Shown here in pieces: positions 1-10,344 of a stretch of 64,000 nt of DNA. This DNA comes from Psammoneis japonica (taxonomy: Eukaryota). Each line of letters starts with the position of its first letter. The stretch's first letter is position 1. The stretch is taken from assembly GCA_008632985.1 (NCBI GenBank), contig QPGO01000012.1:620001-684000 (forward strand). The letters are read 5' to 3'. Made by a program: the position numbers and the translations under genes. A model generated the notes under the pieces. It ran no database searches. It had not been told where the DNA came from and was given only the letters and a program-made list of their open reading frames with translations.

Positions 1-198
1 CGTACAGTAGTCGCGACGCCCGTGATGACAATAGCTCTACCAGGTGTGATAGCTAGCTAGTACTGTGATACCCACATAGAAACGCTATTGTGCATGAAAG
101 CAAAATGGTTAAGAGCGTCATTTTAGCGAAGAGAGACTAAATTCGATGGTAGACACAGACTTGCTATGTATTGGGAATTCTACAGTACAACGTTCGCC

Positions 199-2595
199 TC
201 AGGCACTTGAGCGAGTATAAAGCAAGCCAGAGTCGCGAAGATTAGCGTAAAGTTTACGGGGAAGGTCGCCTTCAATCTCTTCTGGCAACTTAATTTTGCC
301 TCCGTGCTTTGGAAGGTCCAGCGATTCTTTGTAGCCTCTTGCCAGCATGACAGACTTTCGATCCTTCAAATTGCCCACCTTTTCAGCCAAACTGTACAGT
401 TTTCCAGTCAAAGATTGCATGTGACATTGGCGCTCAGTCTCTCGCATGACGTCCTGAGCGGCTTTCAACCAGTTGTTGTTGTGTGGCCCGGGTGTACTCT
501 TGACCAGTTTCGAGTCCAACTGGGTGTCTTTCGCGCGAGTCACTTGCTTGACACACTCAAGAATTTCTGAGTCCCAACATGTGAAGTAGGGGTCTCCATC
601 AATATCGCCTTGAGCAATCTGCAGGGGAAGAGGAAGCGAACCATCACGTGGTCCCCCGAAAATTACAAAGCCGAAAGGCAACGAAAGAAGCCACTCCCAG
701 TCTTGCACTTGCATGGCCTTGGGCTTCGTATTGACAATAGAGACCATCCGTCCATCGGATGCTTCGAGGCACGGAAATCGGGAGATGAAGAGCTTGTCGT
801 GTTTGCCTTGCTCGGTTCCCATACCCGTTACAAACATGCGTCCCTTCGGTAAGGCACCGGTTGGGTCTGCAGCCCCGAGCAAGCTGGCATGTTTCAAGCC
901 TTTGATGGTTTTCTTGTTGTCACACCTCTTGCAGTACTTCGTGATAACATCGCTCGGAACACCAAGGTTTTCCCACAATCGAATGATCATTTTCGATGGA
1001 GCCTGACTCTCATTCTTGAAATAGCTCATTGGAGGATCTTTTGCTTCAGGGTCCAGTTGGCGTCCAATCAACTTGTTCTTTTGACTGGGGAATGTGTTCT
1101 TGACAATCATACATGACCACTTTTCGTCTTGTGCAACCTCTTGAGAACGCGGAACTTTCCGCATGGAACGAGGGAGCTCAATGTGATCAATGTTCTGTTT
1201 TGGAAAAAGTATTCCCTTGACACAGCCAAGGTGTGGAGAGAACACACGAACTTGCAGAACAGTGCAGTCATAGCGCTTGGCCATGGACTGGGGCATAAAG
1301 CCACAACCATCGTTACCTGGTTGGTCTTTTGTGACTTTGATGCGCGGCAGATCATCGCCATCTATGATCATTTTCTTGTTGGACTTGCTGACAATCATTT
1401 CCAGTCTTGAGGATGCCTTTTCGGGCGAGAGCTTGCCAAAGTTGGCTATCTTTTCCAATTCCTTTTTCAGTGAAATACTTTTCAAGCCTGGACCACGCGT
1501 GGCAACGTACCATATGCGTATTTCCTTTGCCTTTCGTATATGCCAGGAAACGTGATTTGAGCCATGGGCCTCTTTGTTGACTTTGGTTGCAAGTAGTTCA
1601 TAGGTACGGTCGTTAACCGTAAATTTCGTTGGAAGTTTGGCATGCGGTGCTTTCAGAGAGAGCTTGGCTTCCTGTAGGCGACGTCCGAAGTAGTGACTTG
1701 CAAAAGATACGTCCATTTCCTCTTCTGGAGGATCAAAGATTATCAACCGCACTTGCATGTTTCCAGCCACCAGTCCTGAGTTTCCGTCAGGAATCGCCCA
1801 CGAGGGACGAGTTTCGGCACCTTGATTTGCTCCTTTCGTCGCCTTACGTGCGACCCGGTTGCCTTTTACCACTTTCTTTTGTTGTTCGAACTTTGTCGCC
1901 TCCTCCTTGGCAGAATCATTCAACGACTCATCAGGTACCCATTCGTCGTGTTTTGCTGAGAACCCTCTCCAGCGAACCTTGTACTCTTTTGTGCCATTGG
2001 CGTTCGTGCGAACGGCGACAATCTTTGCTACTTCCGCGTAGTCTCCCTCGACGCGACAAGGCTCGGCTGATGTGGGAGTCGTCTTGCCTCCTGCTTTCGT
2101 CTTCGAGCGCTTTGCGTTTGCAGACGTTGATGTAGTAGAAGTCGACTTCCGTTTCTTGCTCCTGCGGCCTCTGGGCGGAAGTCCCTTCAACTGTCGATCG
2201 TAACAGTCAAAACAGCCTGCGTTCCGGCACCTTGTGCATCCAGGTGCACCTCGCTGTTTCCAAGTTTTACTCTTCGAGTCGTCCTTCGAGTTGACCACGC
2301 CTACTTCATCAGCTTCCACATCGGGGACAGGGGCAGCACCGGCAGGTGGTTGAGCAGCAGCTTCGTCTGTACCAGTAGAGATTTCTACAGCGTCTTCATC
2401 CTTTTTGGCAGGGGCTAGCATCTCCTTTGATGTCCCCCCAACAGAATCGTCAGGCTTTCCAGCAGCAGCGGCAGGCTCATCTTTCGAACCCGTCGAAGGT
2501 TCTCCATCACCAGAGACTTCCTCGGACTTTTCAGCACTTGCAACCTCTTTTGCAGCCGGCTTCACTTCCCCACCAGCGGTATACTCAGCGTCCAT
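199..2595 (-). CDS. RNA-dependent RNA polymerase-like protein (eukaryotic RdRP/RDR family) with N-terminal CxxC-x4-CxxC motif and chromodomain; may have an additional 5' exon at ~2670-2857
   Basis: 798-aa ORF. RdRP motifs DGCGFM, QVR...KG, SMRK, ISRFPCL and catalytic GDIDGDPYFTCWD (DxDGD). Chromodomain-like segment EVAKIVAVR...EYKVRWRGFSAKHDEWVPDESL. GCTRCRNAGCFDC Cys cluster. Confidence 0.85.
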   Translation of the reverse strand: MDAEYTAGGEVKPAAKEVASAEKSEEVSGDGEPSTGSKDEPAAAAGKPDDSVGGTSKEMLAPAKKDEDAVEISTGTDEAAAQPPAGAAPVPDVEADEVGVVNSKDDSKSKTWKQRGAPGCTRCRNAGCFDCYDRQLKGLPPRGRRSKKRKSTSTTSTSANAKRSKTKAGGKTTPTSAEPCRVEGDYAEVAKIVAVRTNANGTKEYKVRWRGFSAKHDEWVPDESLNDSAKEEATKFEQQKKVVKGNRVARKATKGANQGAETRPSWAIPDGNSGLVAGNMQVRLIIFDPPEEEMDVSFASHYFGRRLQEAKLSLKAPHAKLPTKFTVNDRTYELLATKVNKEAHGSNHVSWHIRKAKEIRIWYVATRGPGLKSISLKKELEKIANFGKLSPEKASSRLEMIVSKSNKKMIIDGDDLPRIKVTKDQPGNDGCGFMPQSMAKRYDCTVLQVRVFSPHLGCVKGILFPKQNIDHIELPRSMRKVPRSQEVAQDEKWSCMIVKNTFPSQKNKLIGRQLDPEAKDPPMSYFKNESQAPSKMIIRLWENLGVPSDVITKYCKRCDNKKTIKGLKHASLLGAADPTGALPKGRMFVTGMGTEQGKHDKLFISRFPCLEASDGRMVSIVNTKPKAMQVQDWEWLLSLPFGFVIFGGPRDGSLPLPLQIAQGDIDGDPYFTCWDSEILECVKQVTRAKDTQLDSKLVKSTPGPHNNNWLKAAQDVMRETERQCHMQSLTGKLYSLAEKVGNLKDRKSVMLARGYKESLDLPKHGGKIKLPEEIEGDLPRKLYANLRDSGLLYTRSSA

Positions 2596-3049
2596 ACCTT
2601 ACTACTACTTCCTTGCTTATACTTGTGGTGATCAGAGGAGAGAGAAATGGATTGTTCTTACGTACGACCTGTGTATCTTTCTCTTGATGATTCTTGACAC
2701 TTGTTCCTTGTTCAACGGGGCCAAGCCAACTCGCGAAAGAGCGTGTGGGCTTCACGACAGCCACAAGCTCGCGCGCGATCGCCGGCGCGCAGCCACCCCT
2801 GAGCGAGAGGGTTCTCGTGTCAGTTGCTTCGGGTGTGTAGTGCTTGGTTGATTGCATGCAATGGTTCGAATTGTCTGTGCAGGCAGACGCAGTGCTTGCA
2901 CGATCGTAATATAGACATACGGACTTTTTAGGTATATTTCAGTCTCTTTGGGATTTCCGAGAACCCCCCTGCTGGTGCGTACAACTCTACGCACTGTCAA
3001 GCCATTTCCCGCTCCGAACCCAAATCTCACCACACAAACACCGGGGTTC

Positions 3050-6000
3050 ATTTACGCTGTTCACCTGAAAGGCTGTTGTGACTGCACTCTCCCTCTTCCT
3101 TAGAAAGTGGGGGCACACACCATTGACACAAGTTCTGCATGAGAACAGCGTGCCACTGGTTTGAGAGGAATCAATCCTTTTTTGCAAAATGTCGAGTTGG
3201 TGAGATTCGGCGAGTCGAGTGATGACAGTGGTTCTTGCGAGAGTGTTTGTGCCAAATTTTTCATTTGTTGTTCATCTCCCCCTGCAGGCAACACGCGGAT
3301 CGCTCAATGTCTTGTGAGAACATGCTGTGGATGCATCTGCTTCATCAACTGAGACGACTTCATTGTGGACAAGTGTCTTGTCTCCCATGGCAAGATGCAA
3401 CTCAAGCTTTGGCACAAACCTCGTGCAACTGTTGGGGCATCGAATGCTGGACAATGAGTGCGGGCTCTCAATGATTGTAGATGACAAAGTTTGTTGTGGG
3501 ATTGGCAGGGCTTGCCATGGTGTGATTGGAGTGCCTTGATCTGGACAACAATTCCGTGGTTGGCGGCATCCACGACAAGCTCCATGGATTGACCACATTG
3601 GTTGCGTTTGATGTGCATTGCAATCAGTTCAATGTGGGCCACAATGCTGTTGTAACTCCACTCCAATGTGAGTCATCATTGAAGTGAAATTGTGCATTGT
3701 CGTCACATCCTGCTCTCACAAACACTGCGCATTTGCCATCAGCCCCCTTGTTGACGAACGCGTCCAAGATGCCAGATGCCATCCATTGAAGGACGGTGAG
3801 TCCCACGGTTGTAGAGTCTGGGCTCTTCTTGCTTCATGGTCTTAAACACACTGATTGTCCAACATCCTTGCATTGTGATGACAGGGTGACAAGTTCCTGG
3901 GGACAGTGCGCCAAAGTCGGGACATGACTCTTTTGTGATTGCATTGATGGCGATTTAGTTCTGTCTCCATTTGCACTCGGGATGTGGCAGCAACTTTTTT
4001 GTTGTCTGTGAATGGAGATGGTTTTGTGTGAACTGCAGCATCCTTTCAGGGTCGTCATGGCTGTTCGTTTCCACGTAAAAAGCAACCTTCTTGAGACAAG
4101 CATTCTGCAAAACACCAATGAATTCTACAAGCTCTTCCATGATGGGATTCCACATTTCACCCAGAGGAAGGATGTTTCAAATGCATTGTGCCAGTGCAGA
4201 TGCCAGCCACAGTTGTGGGTCACTGTCAACATGCACCAACCGTTGCTGGAACGCTTGTGTGGCCCAGGCAAAGGAACGACGTGAGTTCCGAGAACATCAC
4301 CCATGGGCCCTAAAATGTCAAGAGTTTTTTTTTTGCTTGCTTGGTTCCATGAATTGTCATGATGGCAAAGTCAGGGTCGCTCGGAAGTGCAATCAGCTTG
4401 TGGTGCACAGCCAACTCAGCCCCATGCTGGGCTCCGAATTTCGCAATGGTTTCGACATCATCATCATCATGCGCCACACCGGCCCAAACCAAGCGAGAAG
4501 CATGAAGATCACCACAAATGCAGTGATTGTCTTGATCCACACATCCCCGCGTCCTCCTTGGCTGATGCTCGTGTCACGACACGTGTCGTAGATTGTGCAG
4601 CTGCGGCGAACCGTGTCATGATTGAGAGCCAAAACAAGGGCCACCACTGCAATGGGTGGCCTTGCTCTGCAATGTGCTCAAAGCATGGGCCATCGATTGC
4701 CTTTTGATTTGCTCTTTTTCAGGCTGGTGCTGACTCTTGTGGCTCTCATTCTTTGGTGGCATGGTTGTCTTGTGAAAGACGAGGGAGCAGTGGCTTCAAG
4801 TGGTGCCACTCTGTGCTTGGCCGTGTTGGCGGCAGCTTGAGAAGACGATGAAATGGTTTGACGGTGCGCAGAGTTGTCACGGTGTGGGGGCCTCTGCGCA
4901 AATCCATTTCCAGGTTGTTTCATGTGCGGGCATTGGGACAATCAATCTTTGCCAAATGCGGAAAATCCATCTAATGTGATGAAGACAACATGTGAGCACG
5001 CCCAACTCCTTTTTCAAGATTTGCCCCTCGGCACAATTCACACGTCCAAACGTTGTGCAGCAGCCCCTGCTCAGGGGTGGGGCACAGCCAGCTGGGTGTT
5101 GGAGGGAGACGGACGTACGAAGCATGACCACATCAGAAAATCCGCACTCTGGCAGGGCCACACAGTGCACTCCACCAGCAGTCGCATCATGCATCCGTGC
5201 TCACACATTTCATCTTTTGCACAGGATCGAAGGCAAGTCGATGGAGGAGCACCACTTCTCTGTGCTTACATCCACAATCACGGCTCTGTGAAATCTGCAT
5301 GCAATTTTGATCCTCACTGCTGTCATGCTCATAAAATCTTTTGAATCAAGGGATTGGTGGTCGGCAGAGAGAGACACAAAATTGTCCAGCCTTTCCTTCA
5401 TGAAACTCGGCTTGTTGGTCGTGCCTGCGGGTGCTGCCACTGCAGTTTGGCACTCCACACTCATGAGAGCGTCCATGCTTGGAATGACAGTGAGGCATGA
5501 AATGATTGCCATGCACATGTGGATCTGGCCAGATGCTGAGGTTTTTGACTGCAGTCTGGCGGGGTGCAAACTTGCGAGCTGCCAAGATGTCACGCTGTCT
5601 CTGGTTGGAGGAAAAGCTTTGCAGTGCTGGCGTCTCTTGAAGCAAGGCATTCCCATGCCTGAGTCATTCACACTCCTGACTTGTGCATGCTCGATGCATG
5701 TTGGAGATGCTGGTGCCATTGACCTCATCAACGGTGTCTTTGCAAGCATGACTTTGCCGACAAGACGTTGCATGAAGACATTTGTGAGAAACTGGCTGCA
5801 GTTCATGAATGCATCATGTCAATGCCATTAAAAGAAGAGGTCATGGAGAATGTGGATTCCTTTCTGGGCACTCTCAAAGGCGCTCTTGTTGCAGCTTGCT
5901 CAAGCAGATCTGCGGAGGATCTTGCCGGCCAGTCTTTTGCTGGGCAGTGTGATGCACACTTGTGCGGGGTGACTGTCAAAGAAGTGGTTGAGTCCATCAA

Positions 6001-8260
6001 GAATTGCTGGGCTTCCATGTTCAAAAACCACATCATTGCTCGAGTTTGCTTCACACAAAACTCATGGGGCAAAAAGAATGAAGTCAAGATTGAAGCAGCA
6101 CATGGTCAAGGCAAAGGGATTGTGAGTGGAGAGATCACTCCCGACCAATTGTTTGTGCTCTTGACAAGCACAGCACCAATCTCTGCTGCAAGCAACTTTC
6201 AACTCAAACCCACAAGATTGTGCACTCATCCAATGTGGACAGGGCAGAAAAGGTTGAACTTTTGGAGTCAACGGCAGTTCCTGTTCTCAACAGCAGAGAG
6301 CTCAAGGTGATCACCCACTTGGCCATGGGCATGCAGAAGAGTTCTGCGGCAGTCAACAGGGTGTGGAATTCACGTTTGATGAGTGCACGGCACATTGCAT
6401 CTGTTGCAAGCCCATCCTGTCACAACCATCAATGACCATGGTTTCTTGTCTTTCTTGCCTCCCAGGGAAGGATTCTGGAGGTTCAATCCAATGCACTTTG
6501 CCCGTCCTCTTGTGCCACACTTTTGCAACTTGCATGACATGAGCTGATGCAGCGAGTGCTGCTCTCAATGCACAGGGTGCCTTGTAAAGAATGTGAAAAT
6601 GCATTGTGCTCACAGCTTTGGTTTCACCTGGCCTGAGTTCTTCTTGCCATCTGATGCTTTGGAATGTGCTGCTGAGGCTTGTTGGTCCAAGAAGCTGTGC
6701 AAAGATGACTGCTGTTGTGAATTCATGGATTTCTTCCAGCCGTCCTCCGTCCTGAGTGCGAAGCACTGCAAGAAGAATTGAGGAGTGCAAATCTGATTTC
6801 ATTGAGCCATCAATCCTTGGTTTCATGTGTTGCTCATTGTTTTAACCTCACAACAGATTTTTCTGGAAAAAACATCACTCACATGCTTTTCTGGCTGTTT
6901 GGTGTTGTTGGCAACTGTGCCAATTGAATGGGAGAGTTGCTGGGCAAGGATTCAATGGACAGCCTGGCGCCACTTGAGAATGCATTGCCTGAGTCACGTG
7001 GAACATTGAGTCGTGAAGATCTGTCACTTGCGGAAATGCACTGGCTGGTCAGCAAGTCAGAGAAAGCCGCGAGTCTGTTGCAATCAGATGAAAGCAGTGC
7101 CACATGGGCTCTTGATTGTTTGCTCCACCTTCCCAATTGACTTGGACACATGTTGAGAGAGGTCACATTCAAGCATGGATGGAGATTGGCAGGTGGTCAT
7201 GACTTGATTGTCTCTGGGCCAAAGAGCTCCCCAGCACAACATTGGCATCAAAGTAAAAAGACATTGCTCATGGCCACATTCTTTGACAGCAACTTGAACC
7301 TGTGGAGCCACTTGCTGTCCAGTGGCAACAGCTGCCAGCATCGTGGGCTCAACACAATCTGCTGACTGGAGCAGGGCTCAACCCAAATGTGCTCTCTCAA
7401 GTCAGGTGTGGGCATCTGGGAAGAGATGTTGTGAAATTCCATTTGTGTCTCATTTGCCCAGATGACATGATGAAAACCAGAAAGGATTTCAATGCAACAA
7501 GATTTGTCAGGAAAAACAAAATGCAGCAGAGACCTGGAGACTGCGGGAGGGAGACAAGACGACAAGAACAGTGACGCACTTGCAACAACAGCAACAGCTG
7601 GACATGGAGCACCATGCACTGAACTTTTGGCTTGCTGCTCAAAAGTGCAACAAGCAATGGAGCAAGTTTGTGCATCAGGTTGTGAGCAGTGCCTGAGTTT
7701 TGGCTTCCCCCCGGTGTGTTCCCCGCCACTCAGCTGAGACAATTGCTTTGACAGCACTTGCAAAACAACAGCTGGCAAGCCAGCAGAGAGCCCAGCTGTG
7801 GAGAACAGCTCACTCAACAAGCTCCATTGCTTTTCAGTTGTTTGCAAAAGCACGTGCTTGGTTGGCAAGCTCATGACACAAGCTTGCCCCTGCTCGGCAG
7901 AGCCAGCAGCTTTTGGTGCAAGATGCTGTGGGCCGCACAGCCGCGAAAGGCAACCTGCCTGCTGGGTTCTTCTTGGTGCCTCCCGTGTTCACTGCAGCGT
8001 TGTTGTCTTTTTGGCTGCTGCTGCTGCCCAGCCTGGCACTGCTCAAAAAGATTGTGCAATGGCTGCCCCTTTTGGTCTGTGCAACGATGTGCTCTGATCT
8101 GACAGAGAGCTTGCAATCACAGAAAAGCAACACACCACCCACCACCACCCACCACCGTCCATTGGCAGCAATCGGTTTGTGTCATCAATCCCAAATCTAG
8201 CACAAACGCACACTGACCCCTTCACAACTGAAACTGCTTTGACACCTTCCATTCATCGGC
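3050..8260. repeat. Degenerate TpA- and CpG-depleted repeat/heterochromatin-like block
   Basis: Visibly very few TA and few CG dinucleotides, excess TG/CA and many overlapping Cys/His-rich ORFs. Composition returns to normal on both flanks. Boundaries are approximate. Confidence 0.7.
5400..7600 (+). pseudogene. Pseudogene of a PEP-utilising enzyme (PEP synthase/pyruvate,water dikinase-like PPDK_N domain plus middle domain)
   Basis: Frameshifted fragments LVGGKALQCWRLLKQGIPMPESF, SSRSAEDLAGQSFAGQCDAHL...IKNCWASMF and IEAAHGQGKGIVSGEITPD match the PPDK_N motifs VGGK, AEDL..SFAGQYDTYL, CWAS and GLGEGVVSG..PD. Tyr is replaced by Cys/His. Confidence 0.7.
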
Positions 8261-8799
8261 ACATTGGCATCGGCATTTAGGAGATGGTCTTCGCACCTCC
8301 TCTCTCTACGGCGGGATTCATGTCGCCCCATTATGAAAAAGAGAGACTACGGTGTGCACGAAATGGCATGTATGGCTATGTAGACATTATTGGATTTCCC
8401 GCCAAAAAATGCCATAAATGTTATTCTTATAATTTGATACTAAGTGCCACTGCGTACACTAGATACTCGAACAGGTAGTGAAGAGACTTCTTTCGAACAC
8501 AGTAGTTCTTATGAAATTATTATTCAAGTACATATAATTTGATTGGAATAAGTTGTATAAAATGCTAATTGTTTTTATATGTCATATCCGCTAACAATCT
8601 TAGTGACATATTTAGTTTAAAAAATTATTCAGCGATTGATATCAAAACGGTTTTTGATCGGCAAGTGATCGGCAAGTGATTCCCGAATAATGCGGGACTT
8701 GATCCTTTTGAATTGGAGTTCGCTTTCTCCTGTTGTGTACCGTATTGTGCACTACTACAGTTAGTATTCTCAAAACATCAAAACAAAACAACAAAAACA

Positions 8800-9378
8800 A
8801 TGAAGTTTCTCTTTTCCTTTCTTACTTTCCTTTTGGATGCTGCCGTAGGAGTGGGAGATAGCACCTGTGATCCCAACCCATGCATGAATGGAGGGACGTG
8901 CTCGCATACACTTGGCGGGTTTTCTTGCGTTTGCTCCGAAGGGTTCACAGGCAGGAGGTGCAGAGTAGTGATGTCAGGTATGCGAAGCCGCCGACTGGAT
9001 ACGTGCGATCCCGATCCATGCCAAAACGAAGGGGTATGCGAGCATACCCTTGGTGGGTACAGATGCAATTGTACCGAGGGATGGGAGGGAACGAATTGCA
9101 CGGACGAGTCAACCCAACAGCCGCATGACACGTGCATGCCCGATCCATGCCACAACGAAGGGGTATGCGAGCATACCCTTGGTGGGTATAGATGCAATTG
9201 TACCGAGGGATGGGAGGGAACGAATTGCACGGACGAGTCAACCGATCAGCCGCATGACACTTGCATACCCGATCCATGCCACAACGAAGGGGTATGCGAG
9301 CATACCCTTGGTGGGTATCATTGCAATTGTACCGAAGGATGGGAGGGAACAAATTGCACGGAGAGCAGGAGCAACTAA
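8800..9378 (+). CDS. Secreted protein with four EGF-like domains
   Basis: Signal-like N-terminus MKFLFSFLTFLL followed by four CxPxPCxNxGxCxHTLGGY/FxCxCxEGxxGxxC repeats. Confidence 0.85.
   Translation: MKFLFSFLTFLLDAAVGVGDSTCDPNPCMNGGTCSHTLGGFSCVCSEGFTGRRCRVVMSGMRSRRLDTCDPDPCQNEGVCEHTLGGYRCNCTEGWEGTNCTDESTQQPHDTCMPDPCHNEGVCEHTLGGYRCNCTEGWEGTNCTDESTDQPHDTCIPDPCHNEGVCEHTLGGYHCNCTEGWEGTNCTESRSN
8998..9362 (+). repeat. Three near-identical 129-bp (43-codon) tandem repeats encoding EGF domains 2-4
   Basis: ccgatccatg recurs at 9011, 9140 and 9269 with near-identical intervening sequence. Confidence 0.9.
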
Positions 9379-10344
9379 ATGGCGGACGTGGGAGGCACCA
9401 TTCTTCATATTACATACTTTTCATTGTAGAGTGCCGTCAGAGAAGGAGACAAGAATACAAAGAGTACCTGGTACGCGAACTCCGGATTAAAACGTATACT
9501 GAATCCATAGTGTTATTCGCCATATTCGACATTATCAGAGCATGCCGAAACTTGTGGATGGTGGCCGCACCCTACTTTCATTTTCATACGATGCATGAAC
9601 AAATATTATTTTAGTACTTCCATTTTAATTTGATACATACTCAAACACTAAAAACAATGCTATTTAGTCCAGTACAAATTGCTCCCTCTCTTAAAACAGA
9701 GGTATCTTTCCATTCATTCATCTGCACTCTTCCCAAAGCGTTGAATGCAGTAGAAGGCTAGCATGATTTCATATTAGACGGCAGACGACGAGATGTAAAC
9801 TAGAATACAAAAGCAACAAGTTTGTCAAAACATGAAAACTATCTAACTTCAAACTGTTGATGCGGGCACGACAAAAAGAAGACAAACTAGTTCAGCGACC
9901 AAAGTTTGGAGAGCGCATTTTTGAAGCACCTTGAGAGGAAGGATTGGCAAGGCATGGACTCCAAAATATTGCACACCGACTTAACGTACCACGGAGTAAG
10001 GCGCCGTCCACGGCAAATCCCAATCCAGCATTGAAGCGTCCTCCTTCCGCTTCACACTTCACAGGTTCAGATCTCAAATCTCGAGATCTTCGCTTGAGCG
10101 ATGCATTCGATAAACGTTATGTTCAATTTTTTGGAAAAATTGGAAATTTTGGATTTGGAAATCCAAAATCCCAAATTGGCGCTGCCATATGACGATAGAC
10201 GACGACTGCTGTTGTTGATACATTGTGTTGCTCCCTTTTGTGCTTGTGTCAGTTATGATCGATTTGACTCATGGATCTACATGTAAAAGGTATTGGATAG
10301 TCAGAAAGAACAAGTGGCCTTTAGTTTGGATAACGGCAATCATC

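Noticed and set aside
2925..8360. Possible TIRs (agtctct / agagact) around the first repeat block
   Set aside because: Only ~7 bp match and no TSD, so indistinguishable from chance.
8998..9362. CRISPR-like regular repeats
   Set aside because: In-frame 129-bp coding repeats with no unique spacers, in a eukaryotic context.
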